A stretch of 64,000 nt of DNA from Planctomycetota bacterium. GTDB lineage: Bacteria > Planctomycetota > UBA8108 > SXIK01. The translations under genes and the position numbers were made by a program. The notes under the pieces are model-generated. The model saw only the letters and a list, made by a program, of their open reading frames with translations, did no database searches and was not told the DNA's origin. Position 1 is the stretch's first letter. Each line of letters starts with the position of its first letter. Positions 1-9,583 of the stretch are shown here, piece by piece. The DNA lies in the NCBI GenBank assembly GCA_965223265.1, contig OZ244999.1, forward strand, positions 4,640,001 through 4,704,000, written 5' to 3'.

Positions 1-2276
1 ATCTGTGTCTGATTGAACAGCACGCGGATGTCTCGCTCGCCATGATTCTGACTGACGATGTCGATGTCACCGTCGAGATCGACATCGCCGGTAACCACAA
101 AGCGCGGCTCAATCCCGACCGTGAACGGTCCGGCGAGAGTAAACGTACGCGGTCCGGTTCCGACAAGAACTGAGACGTTTGCATCCGGTTGATTTGACGT
201 CACGAGGTCGAGCTGTCCGTCACCGTTGACGTCGGCGATGACCAATGAATGGGGTCCCCCATGGACGTCGATGACCTCGGCCTCAAATCGAGGCACACCG
301 GCGTCACTCCCCGCATTCCAAAGAATCGTAACGTTGCCACGCGACTCGCTCGCCGTGACCAAGTCGTTTCTCGCATCGCCGTCGAGGTCACTGGCGACCA
401 CGTAGTTAGGTGGCATCAAAATCGGCTCGCTAGCCTCCCGAAAACCGTCGCCGTCGTTGAGAAGCATGAACACGCTGGAGGAGCCAGAATTGGCGACGAC
501 GACGTCCGCGCGCCGATCGCCGTTGACGTCCGCGACGGTCGTCGCTCTCGGACCAGCTCTGGAGTCGAATGTCTCCCGACGTTCGAAACCTCCTCCACCG
601 TCGTTGAACATGATCGTGACACTGCTGGTCGAAGCGTTCGAGCTAATGACCTCCGGCGCACCGTCGCCGTCAACGTCGCCTGCAGTGACGTGGAACGCAG
701 TACCGCCAACGACATATGTCGTACCGCTCTCGAAAAACCCGGTGCCGTCGTTCGGTTGTATGAGAACTCTGCACTGGGTGCACGACCCACCAGGCGGCGG
801 TGCTAACCCTGAGGCTAAATCGAGGTCGCCATCGCGATCGAAGTCGGCCAGCACAATCGAAAAGGGATGACCCTGCGTGATGTGGTACTTGATCGCAGGC
901 TCAAACGTGCCATTCCCACGATTCATGAACACAGTGACGCCGTTGCTGGAACTGTTGTTGCCCGTCACGACATCGAGGTCGCCGTCACGATCGAGATCAC
1001 CGATGGCGATGGAGTGCGGTTGCCCCTCAACGAGGTGGCGCTCAGGCGGCGAAAACGTCAACGGCGCGCCCGAATCAGGAATGCTGCGAAATGTGGCGAC
1101 TGCGTTGGATGCGAGCAGTGCGAAATCAAGCGCACCATCGCCATCGAAATCGATGGGAGTCGCGCCGGAAGAGCGCGCGATATTCTCGTACAGCTCGACC
1201 GCAGGTCGGTACGACTCCGCCCCCATGTTTCGAATGATCACCGTCTGCGCCGCGCTGCGAAACCCAAGAAGTAGATCATGGTCATGGTCGCCATCAAAAT
1301 CACCGGCACTGAGCGAGCTGGCGGTTTCGGGGAACGTCACCAGACGCGGCGGCGCCAATGTGCCCCCGTCCTGATTGATGAGCACGGCCACTCGGCCGCT
1401 GTCGGCAGCGGCAACATCGATGTCACCATCGCCATCAAGATCGACGGCTGTCACGGCCAGTGGACGCACAAGCGGTGTATCGTGCTCGATCGGTGCAGCG
1501 AAGTCTCCGCCGCCGCGAGACTCGATGACAGCAAGCCGACCAATCGCTCGGCGTGCCACAACCATGTCGGCGACCCCGTCGGCGGTGACGTCGCCAAGCG
1601 CGATCGAGCTAGGCGACTCGTCCACCTCGACCCACACAGGCGCCCCGAACGCGCCAGCCTCGTTTCGAAGCACTCCAACGCGTCCAACCGTAGAGTGTGC
1701 GGTCACTATGTCGACCGCTCCGTCTCCCGTTACATCGCCCGCGGCGAGATCCCTCGAACTCTCACCCAACTCAAAAAACGTCGGCGCCCGAAACGACCCC
1801 GTGCCTTCACCGACGAGAAGTGCGACTTTCGAGTCGTTCGTCGCCGCCAGATCGACACGACCGTCCGCATCAAAATCAGCTGCCACGAGTGCTCCAAGCT
1901 GCGTCCCAGCGTCGAACTCGATGGCGGCCGCGAATTCGTCACCTTGACGACGCAAGATCGACACCGTCGAACTCCCGTCGGGTTTCAAGTTGCCCGTGAC
2001 GATGTCCGCATCCCCATCGCCATCAACATCGCAGCCGAGAATCGCGAGGGGAAATCTTGTCACACTGAGCTCAGCGTCGGCAGCCTCAAAGGCGAGATCA
2101 ATGCCGTCGCATTCGTCGGGGATACCATTGCCGTTACAATCGGGGCTTGACGCAGCAGCAAGATCCTCAGCATCCTCCACGTCGTTCCCGTTGCAGTCGA
2201 TCGCCCGGACATCGCTGGTAGGCAGTAAGCCAAACGTCACCACGAAAAAGGCGATCTGCCGTCTTGACGAACTCAT
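1..2276 (-). CDS. Secreted FG-GAP/VCBS repeat protein, 5' part (runs off left edge); paralog of 22515..27938
   Basis: Absent from the ORF track because it has no stop in the window. Manual translation from ATG 2276 (GGGAGG SD upstream): MSSSRRQIAFFVVTFGLLPTSDVRA-IDCNGNDVEDAEDLAAASSPDCNGNGIPDECD, then many DxDGDGDxD repeats, ending ERDIRVLFNQTQ at the edge. Confidence 0.85.
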   Translation of the reverse strand, partial: MSSSRRQIAFFVVTFGLLPTSDVRAIDCNGNDVEDAEDLAAASSPDCNGNGIPDECDGIDLAFEAADAELSVTRFPLAILGCDVDGDGDADIVTGNLKPDGSSTVSILRRQGDEFAAAIEFDAGTQLGALVAADFDADGRVDLAATNDSKVALLVGEGTGSFRAPTFFELGESSRDLAAGDVTGDGAVDIVTAHSTVGRVGVLRNEAGAFGAPVWVEVDESPSSIALGDVTADGVADMVVARRAIGRLAVIESRGGGDFAAPIEHDTPLVRPLAVTAVDLDGDGDIDVAAADSGRVAVLINQDGGTLAPPRLVTFPETASSLSAGDFDGDHDHDLLLGFRSAAQTVIIRNMGAESYRPAVELYENIARSSGATPIDFDGDGALDFALLASNAVATFRSIPDSGAPLTFSPPERHLVEGQPHSIAIGDLDRDGDLDVVTGNNSSSNGVTVFMNRGNGTFEPAIKYHITQGHPFSIVLADFDRDGDLDLASGLAPPPGGSCTQCRVLIQPNDGTGFFESGTTYVVGGTAFHVTAGDVDGDGAPEVISSNASTSSVTIMFNDGGGGFERRETFDSRAGPRATTVADVNGDRRADVVVANSGSSSVFMLLNDGDGFREASEPILMPPNYVVASDLDGDARNDLVTASESRGNVTILWNAGSDAGVPRFEAEVIDVHGGPHSLVIADVNGDGQLDLVTSNQPDANVSVLVGTGPRTFTLAGPFTVGIEPRFVVTGDVDLDGDIDIVSQNHGERDIRVLFNQTQ

Positions 2277-2404
2277 GAGCAGCCTCCCGACTGTGCTGAG
2301 TCTCTCGTGGCCTCAATCGCTGGAAAAGACGATGACGACTACCGTATCGATGACGGACGCACGCGTACAGGACTCTTTCGCTTCTTCTACGGTGAGGCGA
2401 CAAC

Positions 2405-4759
2405 ATGGTTCCGACGAATAAGAGCTCCAATGATCCGCGCATCGCCGGACTGACGGTTCACGCGAGCGGAGTTTTTCTCTTCCTCACGAGCTTTTGCGTA
2501 CTCGTCTTCGAAGTTTCGCTCTCTCGCATCTGTAGCGTGCTGCTGCAGTACCACATGAGCTTCGCCGTGGTGTCGCTCACCATCCTCGGCATAGGCGCCG
2601 GCGGATTCGCAGCCTACACTGCAACGCGGAAAAAGCATTCAGCGACCGACGTCGCCACTACTGCATTGACTCTGTTTTCGCCTGCGCTCTTGGCAGCGCT
2701 CGCGACGCTTCTGTGGCTCCCCTTCGCGCGGTTCTGGCCATTTCTCATCTTCCTTTTGCTCCCAGCCTTCGTCGCGACCGGGGCTTTTCAGGCGCTGGTC
2801 CTGCGGTCGTTTCCACAGCGGGCAGGCATTCTCTACGGCGCCGATTTGTGCGGAGGAGCGCTAGGCGCGCTCGCCTCGGTGCCAGCAATGAACATCCTGG
2901 GGGGCCCCGTAAACACCGCGGTCGCCATCGCTCTTCTCGGGGCACTGACGGCCTTGGGATGGTCGCTGATTCGATCTCCAGGCGTGCCAGTCGGTCAGCT
3001 GGCCCCGGCGCGCACGCGTAAGGTCACGGTGTTCTTGGCTCTCCTGGCCGCTTCAAGCTTAGCAGCGCAGCTGTCGCACCCACTGTTCGATGTGAACTAT
3101 GAGCGCACTCCGGAGAAGCTCATTCACCGGCTGACCCGCCCGATCACATTGCGGCCGAATGGCGCTCCACCTCGTACGGTCGTGCCAAGAATCGTCCCCG
3201 AATTGACCCGCTGGGACGCGTATAGCCGCGTCGATGTCGTCGAGCTCAACCATCCCCCTCTCGTGCAGCGACGAGTCTTTATCGACGGCGAGACGCCGAC
3301 GGCGATGCTGCCCGCAGGCACGAAGTTCGGGCGCGGCAGCAACGTCCTCGTCCACGAATCTCTCGCGGCGTTTCCCTACCGACTCCTGCGTCCGCAGAGT
3401 GTCCTCGCGATTGGCTCCGGCGGCGGATACGACGTAGTCGTCGCGAAACGATTCGACGCACAAAGGATCGATGCCGTCGAGCTCAACCGCAGCGTTCTCG
3501 AAGTAACCGACGAAGCGCGCGCATTCACCGGTGACGTCTACCGGCTGCCCGGAGTCCGCCTCGTTCACGCCGAAGGACGCCAGTTCGTACGCGCCGCGGA
3601 GCCCTCCACGTACGACCTCGTCGTCCTCGCCCTCGCGCAATCCCTTGCCGGCAATCTTCAAGAGTTCGCGCTCGCCGAGAACTACCTCTACACAGAAGAA
3701 GCATTCGACGACTACTTTCGCGTCCTGCGCCCGGGCGGCGCTGTGGCGATCCTTGTCGACCAGCCTGTCTACCTCAAGAGACTCCTGTCGACGGCGTTCG
3801 CCGCGCTCGAGCAGCACGGTTTCACGCCGACCGGCCACGTGATCGCGCTGGGAAGTCCAAAAGAGCGTCCTTACAACCATCTACTCGTCGTTCGCAACAC
3901 TCCGTACGCCGAGCTAGAGCGTCAGGTCATGAGTCGTGACGCGCGTGGACGACGCTACGCGCTGTTTCATCTTCCGACCGTCGATCGTTCGGAGGCGCCG
4001 CAGCTGACAGCGCGCGAATTGTTGAACGAGCGAGCGTTCGACCTGAGCCCGGCGACAGACGATCGCCCTTTCTTCTTCCACGTCAGCCGATCGTCGCCGG
4101 GAGGACTCGTTCTCTTGATCGGCATTGCATCGATCCTCGTCGTCGCCGCATGGCTGGTGACACCGCGAGCGGCGCTCATCACCGCCGACAGCTCGCCGCA
4201 TCGACATGCAGCGTTCTTTGGCCTCCTCGGCCTCGCGTTCATCGCAGCCGAAATCCTCGTCCTCCAAAAGACGGTTCTGATCGTCGGTTTTCCGACAATC
4301 AATCTCGCCGTCGTGCTCGCCGTCTTTCTGTTCGCTGCCGGGCTTGGAAGTGCCTGCAGCCCAGTGATCGTAGGGGGCTCGCGCCGTCGCCTGCGCGCCC
4401 TATTACTCTTTCTGGCTGCAGCACTGACGTCGATCCCGTTTCTGCTCGATTCCCTGCACGGCGCACTTCAGGGAGCGTCGCTCGTCAGTCGTTGTGTCGT
4501 GCTGAGCGCCACGCTGTCTCCCTACGCATTCGTCATGGGCATGCCATTTCCTTCGGCGATTCGGCTTCTGTCAGGGAGCCAGCGCCACCTCGTACCATGG
4601 CTCTGGGGGATCAACGGCGCCGCCTCAATCCTCGGCTCAGGGATCGCGGTATATGTTGCCCTTCAGTTAGGGTTTCGGCTCACAGCTCTCCTTCCGGCGG
4701 CCCTCTACACTCTGGCCGGGATTCTCAGCGCCCCGACACCAGGTAACGATTCCGCTTGA
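2405..4759 (+). CDS. Multi-pass membrane protein with central spermidine-synthase-like class I SAM-binding domain
   Basis: N- and C-terminal TM bundles; LYGADLCGGALG, VLAIGSGGGYDV, IDAVELN, EGRQFVR, ENYLYTEEAF, PATDDRPFF and WLWGINGAASILG motifs typical of this family. Confidence 0.8.
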   Translation: MVPTNKSSNDPRIAGLTVHASGVFLFLTSFCVLVFEVSLSRICSVLLQYHMSFAVVSLTILGIGAGGFAAYTATRKKHSATDVATTALTLFSPALLAALATLLWLPFARFWPFLIFLLLPAFVATGAFQALVLRSFPQRAGILYGADLCGGALGALASVPAMNILGGPVNTAVAIALLGALTALGWSLIRSPGVPVGQLAPARTRKVTVFLALLAASSLAAQLSHPLFDVNYERTPEKLIHRLTRPITLRPNGAPPRTVVPRIVPELTRWDAYSRVDVVELNHPPLVQRRVFIDGETPTAMLPAGTKFGRGSNVLVHESLAAFPYRLLRPQSVLAIGSGGGYDVVVAKRFDAQRIDAVELNRSVLEVTDEARAFTGDVYRLPGVRLVHAEGRQFVRAAEPSTYDLVVLALAQSLAGNLQEFALAENYLYTEEAFDDYFRVLRPGGAVAILVDQPVYLKRLLSTAFAALEQHGFTPTGHVIALGSPKERPYNHLLVVRNTPYAELERQVMSRDARGRRYALFHLPTVDRSEAPQLTARELLNERAFDLSPATDDRPFFFHVSRSSPGGLVLLIGIASILVVAAWLVTPRAALITADSSPHRHAAFFGLLGLAFIAAEILVLQKTVLIVGFPTINLAVVLAVFLFAAGLGSACSPVIVGGSRRRLRALLLFLAAALTSIPFLLDSLHGALQGASLVSRCVVLSATLSPYAFVMGMPFPSAIRLLSGSQRHLVPWLWGINGAASILGSGIAVYVALQLGFRLTALLPAALYTLAGILSAPTPGNDSA

Positions 4760-5153
4760 CTTCACTTCAGAAGCTCGCGACGCTGTGTACGGGTGAAGTC
4801 CAGGCGAACGCGCGCCTAGCTTAGCGCGCGGTAAGTCAACCAAAGGCGGGAGGGATAGGATTAAAGCCACGGCTTTTGTTCACCAACTTCTCGACGAAAA
4901 CGTTGGGAGACGATAGCGTTGTGGAAGGGAGGTGGGTCCGCAAGTGACGGGTGCAGCCATTCTGAACGTTACCGTTGAGTGCATCAAGACTGGCTCAACG
5001 AAGCCAAAGGCTGTGTGATGAAGCGCTTAGTCCTCTGTTCTGTTCGGCAAATGGGAGGTAAGTTCAAGCTGAGTGAGTGATTCCTATAGGAGAGGCAACG
5101 CCATAGAAAGGGAGGCGTTGCTCGAAGACGAGTCCAGCTGTTGGAGGCTGCAG

Positions 5154-7007
5154 ATGATGTCAAGGAAGGGTTTCTTTGCGGCGGTCATGGTTTTGGGCTT
5201 CGGAACGAATGCTGTCGCGGACACGCTCGCGGAGCTCGAGGCCGAGGACATCGTGTTTCCGGTGGCCTGGGAAGACATCGTGTTGGTCCAACCTTCGTCG
5301 GACGAAATTCGTCTACCGGATGCGGACCTGCGCCACGACGCGATGCCGTGCTTTGGATTTCTGTCGCGGCTCGAGTTCGTTCAAAATTCGAATGACCTCG
5401 CGGTCGTCGGCTGGTGCGAAGAGGGTGGCTGGACCGGCCCGGCGCGCGCCACGGTTTACAAGTACAGCCCGGACGGCGCGCTCATCGGCGAAACCAGCGT
5501 CCAGGACGCTGGCGAGCCCGCCATGGGTCACGGCGACGGCTGGGATATCCACACATTCTCAGACGGCGGTGTGGTCGCCTGCGGCACGGCCCGATTCGGC
5601 CTTCCCGCGCCGCTAGACGTGATCGACTGGGGACTCCCGGGCGTGCGCCGCTTCGAGTCAGATCTGACCCCGCTTTCACCGCTGGAGAGCCCCGTCGAGC
5701 CTGAGCTCGTGCCGGGAAATGACGAGCGGGACTTCACAGGTGCGGGAGAGAACCTCTTGCGCCCCCGCATCGCTGTCCTGCCAGGCGAAGGAAACGATGA
5801 GCGCTACGTGTTGTCGTATTCTCTACAATCCGCGGAGTTGCAGAAGTCCGTTGGGCTCACCGACCCGGGTGGCGAAGCCGCCCCCGGGGCGAAGATCTAC
5901 TATCGCGTCTTCCAAAAAGATGGCACGCCAGTCACCGCAACACAGCTCGGCTTTGACATCGACGCTGACGACGACCTTGGCCGGTGGGGCGCCTCGTATG
6001 CGCGCCACGATATCGAGACGACGGGAGACGGCGGTTTCATGATGGTCACCCTCGGCCCAGCACCAGCGGTCGATGGTGATGCGACGCCGATTTACTTCTT
6101 CGATCGCGATGGCAATCGATCGCGAGACCCGTTCAGCGTGCACGATCCCGATCTCGTGGCGAACGCCGTGGTGCCCCAGAATATCATCGAGCCGGAGCTT
6201 TTCTTCGGTAACGGCGTCTACGCGCTGCAGTCGGCTGTGATCCTCGAGGGCACGCAGAACATGGCGTTGACCATGTTCGACATCGCCCCCGACGACTCGA
6301 TCAATATCGTGCGCTCGACATTCAATGCGAGCAGTCAAAAGAATCTGTCCCCTATTCGCGAAAGTGAAATGGGCATGGATCCTCGCGGCAACATCTTCGT
6401 GACGACGCGCGGCGAGTACACCGATCCCGACACGGGCTTTCCGCTCGGGCCGGACGACCAGAACGACATGCTTACCGTGCGCATCTTCGACAATACGGGC
6501 GAGCCTTTCACAGCTCCGTTCATCCCGTACTCCCAAGATGCGATCGATCCGAACACGGGCGAAGAAGTCAACAACTACATCGGTAGTCAACGTGACCCGC
6601 AAATCGACGCCAACAGCGGCTTCTTTGCAGTGATCTATCTGAGCGATGCGCCGCCGTCGACCGTCGGTGGCCTGAACGCGTTCAGGATCTTCGAGAACCC
6701 CGTGGCTGGATTTGCCGTTCCGTACGATGTCAATCTCGACGGCGGTGTTGACATCTCGGATCCGGTTGCAGACCTCAACTTCCAGTTCGCAGGAGTCGCA
6801 CTCGCCTCATGTCTGTTGGACGACGCAGGGCTCCTAAAGCCGTCCACCGTTGAACTCGTCGATTTCAACGGCGACGGCGGGCACGACATCTCGGATCCGG
6901 TGGCCTCTCTCAACTGGCAGTTCGCCGGTGGTGGATTCGCCCCGCACCCCCGTGGTGTCGATTGCGTTGATTTCAACATCACATGCGACGACGCTTGCTC
7001 GCAGTAG
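5154..7007 (+). CDS. Secreted acidic protein of unknown function with C-terminal dockerin-like duplicated Ca-binding motif
   Basis: ATG 5154 after GGAGG; signal peptide MMSRKGFFAAVMVLGFGTNAVA; C-terminal DVNLDGGVDISDP..L and DFNGDGGHDISDP..L plus Cys residues. Confidence 0.75.
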   Translation: MMSRKGFFAAVMVLGFGTNAVADTLAELEAEDIVFPVAWEDIVLVQPSSDEIRLPDADLRHDAMPCFGFLSRLEFVQNSNDLAVVGWCEEGGWTGPARATVYKYSPDGALIGETSVQDAGEPAMGHGDGWDIHTFSDGGVVACGTARFGLPAPLDVIDWGLPGVRRFESDLTPLSPLESPVEPELVPGNDERDFTGAGENLLRPRIAVLPGEGNDERYVLSYSLQSAELQKSVGLTDPGGEAAPGAKIYYRVFQKDGTPVTATQLGFDIDADDDLGRWGASYARHDIETTGDGGFMMVTLGPAPAVDGDATPIYFFDRDGNRSRDPFSVHDPDLVANAVVPQNIIEPELFFGNGVYALQSAVILEGTQNMALTMFDIAPDDSINIVRSTFNASSQKNLSPIRESEMGMDPRGNIFVTTRGEYTDPDTGFPLGPDDQNDMLTVRIFDNTGEPFTAPFIPYSQDAIDPNTGEEVNNYIGSQRDPQIDANSGFFAVIYLSDAPPSTVGGLNAFRIFENPVAGFAVPYDVNLDGGVDISDPVADLNFQFAGVALASCLLDDAGLLKPSTVELVDFNGDGGHDISDPVASLNWQFAGGGFAPHPRGVDCVDFNITCDDACSQ

Positions 7008-7031
7008 CAGCGAACGCCCACGTATCAGCTG

Positions 7032-7077
7032 AATCGGTTACAGCGGTCCTGTCGGCCCGCTGTAACCGATTTTTTTT
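7032..7077 (+). terminator. Rho-independent terminator
   Basis: Stem AATCGGTTACAGCGG / CCGCTGTAACCGATT followed by a T run, about 25 bp after the stop at 7007. Confidence 0.8.
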
Positions 7078-7129
7078 CGTCGGTGAGGCCTCAGAGCGCT
7101 CGGTTTTCCGGTGGCGTGCGGCAGCGCTG

Positions 7130-9322
7130 ATGTTGTTGTTCACCGTGACGCCAAACGGCCTCGTGCGCGCCGATTTCTTACGCGGCGACGCGAATCAAGA
7201 CGGTCGCGTCAACATCGGCGATGCCGTGGTGCAGATCCTGCACATCTTTGGCTCCGACGTAGCGCTCGAATGCCTCGACGCGGCCGACTCCAACGACGAT
7301 GGCCAGGTCGACGTGTCGGATCCCCTACGGACCCTGACGGCACTCTTCTTCGCCGCGACCCTGCCGAGCCCCGGCATGACCTCTTTCGGGCCCGACCCGT
7401 CATGCGACGAGCTCACCTGCGCCGCAGCCCCGGGGCCACCTGCGGTCATTCTCAACGAAATTCAGTACAACCCGCTCGGCCCACGCGGCTCAGCCGCCGA
7501 CGAAGAGTTCATCGAGCTCCACAATCGCTCGAGTGAACCTCAGGATGTCAGCGGGTTTCGCTTCGTGCGCGGCATCAACTATACGATTCCTGCCGGAACT
7601 ATGATCCCCGCCGGAGGGTATCTTCTCATCCTCAAGGCACCGACGATCAGCCGCTGGCGAAACATACCGCAGCCGAAGGTCGGGCCGTACGACGGTTGGC
7701 TCTCAGACGGCGGCGAAGCGATCGAGCTGCGAGGCCCCTGCAGCCAGGAACTCGTGGTGTACGACGACCGCGCTCCGTGGCCGTCTGGCGCTGATGGCGA
7801 CGGCCCATCCCTCGAGCGCGTCGCGCCGGCAGCCCGCGCCGACGATTTCCACAGCTGGAGGTCGGCGTCGAAGCGAGGCGGCACGCCAGGGACCGTCAAC
7901 TCGAGTCGCGACGTGCCGACGCATCCGGTGATCACCTCAGCAACCTTCACTCCGGCGAGGCCGACGTCGCGCGATTGTGTCATGGTTCGCGCGGTACTCG
8001 ATATCGAACCTGAGCGTCTCGGCGCGGTGCGACTTCACTGGGAGGTTGTTGACGTGCCGACGCCGATCGCCGGTATGCTGCTGCCCATGCAGCTTCGAGA
8101 GAGCGGCGACTCATGGAGCACTTTCGAAGCAGAGTTGCCGCCACAGCCAAGCCAGACGCTCGTGCGCGCAAATCTCGAGGTCGTCGGGCTCGACGACACC
8201 ACCGAACCACTGATTCTGCCCTACAGCGTCGATCCAGATGCTTACCTGAGCTACTTCGTGTATGACTTCGAGATGGCAGCGAAACTGCCGATTCTTTGGC
8301 TCGTGAACGCACACGAAAGTCAGCTGCCACCCGCTCCGCGGCGATTGACCGCAGCGGTTATCCTTGAAGTGGGAAGCGACACGCCGCTCGTTTTTGACGG
8401 TGCGCGTCTGAGCAATTCGCAAAACGGCACGAACCTCAAATTCCTCAAGGGTGCAGAGTATCGCGGCGATCGAACGGTCAACATCATCCCGGAGAGACCG
8501 CTCTCGTTCGGCTCCGGCGGCGACCTCGGGCCACACGTCGAGCACCTCGGATTCACGGTATTCGAAAAGCTTGGCGCGCTCGCCCCGTGGGCCGAGTGGT
8601 TTCGCGTTGTGGAGCATCGCCGCGAGATTCGCACTCACAGCCAACGGCTTCTTATCCAACAGGTCAACGAACGATTTTTTGCTGTCAATGGCCTCGACCC
8701 AGACGGTGATCTCTACAGAATTGACAAAACCGTCTGGGGAAAAAGGACCAATCTCTACTCTGGCGTCGACACGATCGTCCAGCTGCGGACAGCACTGAGG
8801 AAACAAGATCCCGACGCCCGACGCAGCGCCGTTTTCTCGCTTATGGACGTTGGCAACGTTGGCCTCTATTCAGCGATCGGCATGCTGATGTCGAACTGGG
8901 ACGGTTTCAACAACAACATGTACGCCTACCATGATCTCTCTCCGATGGCACTCTGGCGTGTGATTCCGTGGGACCTCGACCACACGTTTCGCCAAGACTC
9001 GGCAGCGCTCGACTTGGCGCATCCCCGGATCGGCATGATTGGTGACGCATTCCACGAAGTGGCTGAGCTCGATGCTGCGTATCGCGAGCAGATCAAAACA
9101 TTCATTGCGCCTGGAGGTGGCTTCACCGCCGACGAGGTCGAACCCGAGATCGCAGCCACCGAAACTTTGCTGCTCGAAGACCTAAGACTCTTGGAAACGT
9201 TTCTCGGCGAGATCCGCACCGAGCGGCGTGAACAGATTGACTTGAGCTACAAGCACATTCGGGGTTTCGTGCACGCCCGGCTCGCTTTTCTGCGTGCTGC
9301 ACTTGACGCCTCTGGAGGGTGA
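7130..9322 (+). CDS. Dockerin-like + lamin tail domain (LTD) + CotH kinase family protein (start uncertain)
   Basis: FLRGDANQDGRVNIGDA..CLDAADSNDDGQVDVSD at the N-terminus; LTD VILNEIQYNP..EFIELHN..IPAGGYL; CotH motifs NWDGFNNNMY and IPWDLD. The track start at 6983 would read through the terminator, so a later start is used. Confidence 0.8.
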   Translation: MLLFTVTPNGLVRADFLRGDANQDGRVNIGDAVVQILHIFGSDVALECLDAADSNDDGQVDVSDPLRTLTALFFAATLPSPGMTSFGPDPSCDELTCAAAPGPPAVILNEIQYNPLGPRGSAADEEFIELHNRSSEPQDVSGFRFVRGINYTIPAGTMIPAGGYLLILKAPTISRWRNIPQPKVGPYDGWLSDGGEAIELRGPCSQELVVYDDRAPWPSGADGDGPSLERVAPAARADDFHSWRSASKRGGTPGTVNSSRDVPTHPVITSATFTPARPTSRDCVMVRAVLDIEPERLGAVRLHWEVVDVPTPIAGMLLPMQLRESGDSWSTFEAELPPQPSQTLVRANLEVVGLDDTTEPLILPYSVDPDAYLSYFVYDFEMAAKLPILWLVNAHESQLPPAPRRLTAAVILEVGSDTPLVFDGARLSNSQNGTNLKFLKGAEYRGDRTVNIIPERPLSFGSGGDLGPHVEHLGFTVFEKLGALAPWAEWFRVVEHRREIRTHSQRLLIQQVNERFFAVNGLDPDGDLYRIDKTVWGKRTNLYSGVDTIVQLRTALRKQDPDARRSAVFSLMDVGNVGLYSAIGMLMSNWDGFNNNMYAYHDLSPMALWRVIPWDLDHTFRQDSAALDLAHPRIGMIGDAFHEVAELDAAYREQIKTFIAPGGGFTADEVEPEIAATETLLLEDLRLLETFLGEIRTERREQIDLSYKHIRGFVHARLAFLRAALDASGG

Positions 9323-9583
9323 CTCGGTGGTCCTAACCTCGAGTTTGGCCCTTTCGCGGCGGCTCACCGGATGGATCGGGCGGAGTTCAAAGACGTCGGT
9401 CCGGAGAGAGTCGCAGACACGCGCAAACCAAGAGCAAAGCTCGAGGTTGGTCTCGAGGCGGAAGCGCACCTGAGATATGATGACGCGAGTGTATTGTCGA
9501 ATCACCTGATGCGTCCCGCTCTTGGCGCCACGCGCCGTCTTGCGGGATAAACCCCGGCGATCAACAGAACTCGGAGATCGGCG

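Noticed and set aside
249-2150. Several plus-strand ORFs (249..806, 867..1274, 1278..2150 and others)
   Set aside because: Antisense shadows of the minus-strand FG-GAP gene; no motifs.
6983-7129. ORF-track N-terminal extension of the CotH gene
   Set aside because: It overlaps the previous gene and crosses the terminator hairpin.
9335-9448. Possible second MITE with AACCTCGAG inverted ends
   Set aside because: Only 9 bp match perfectly, with no clear duplication and no second full copy in the window.
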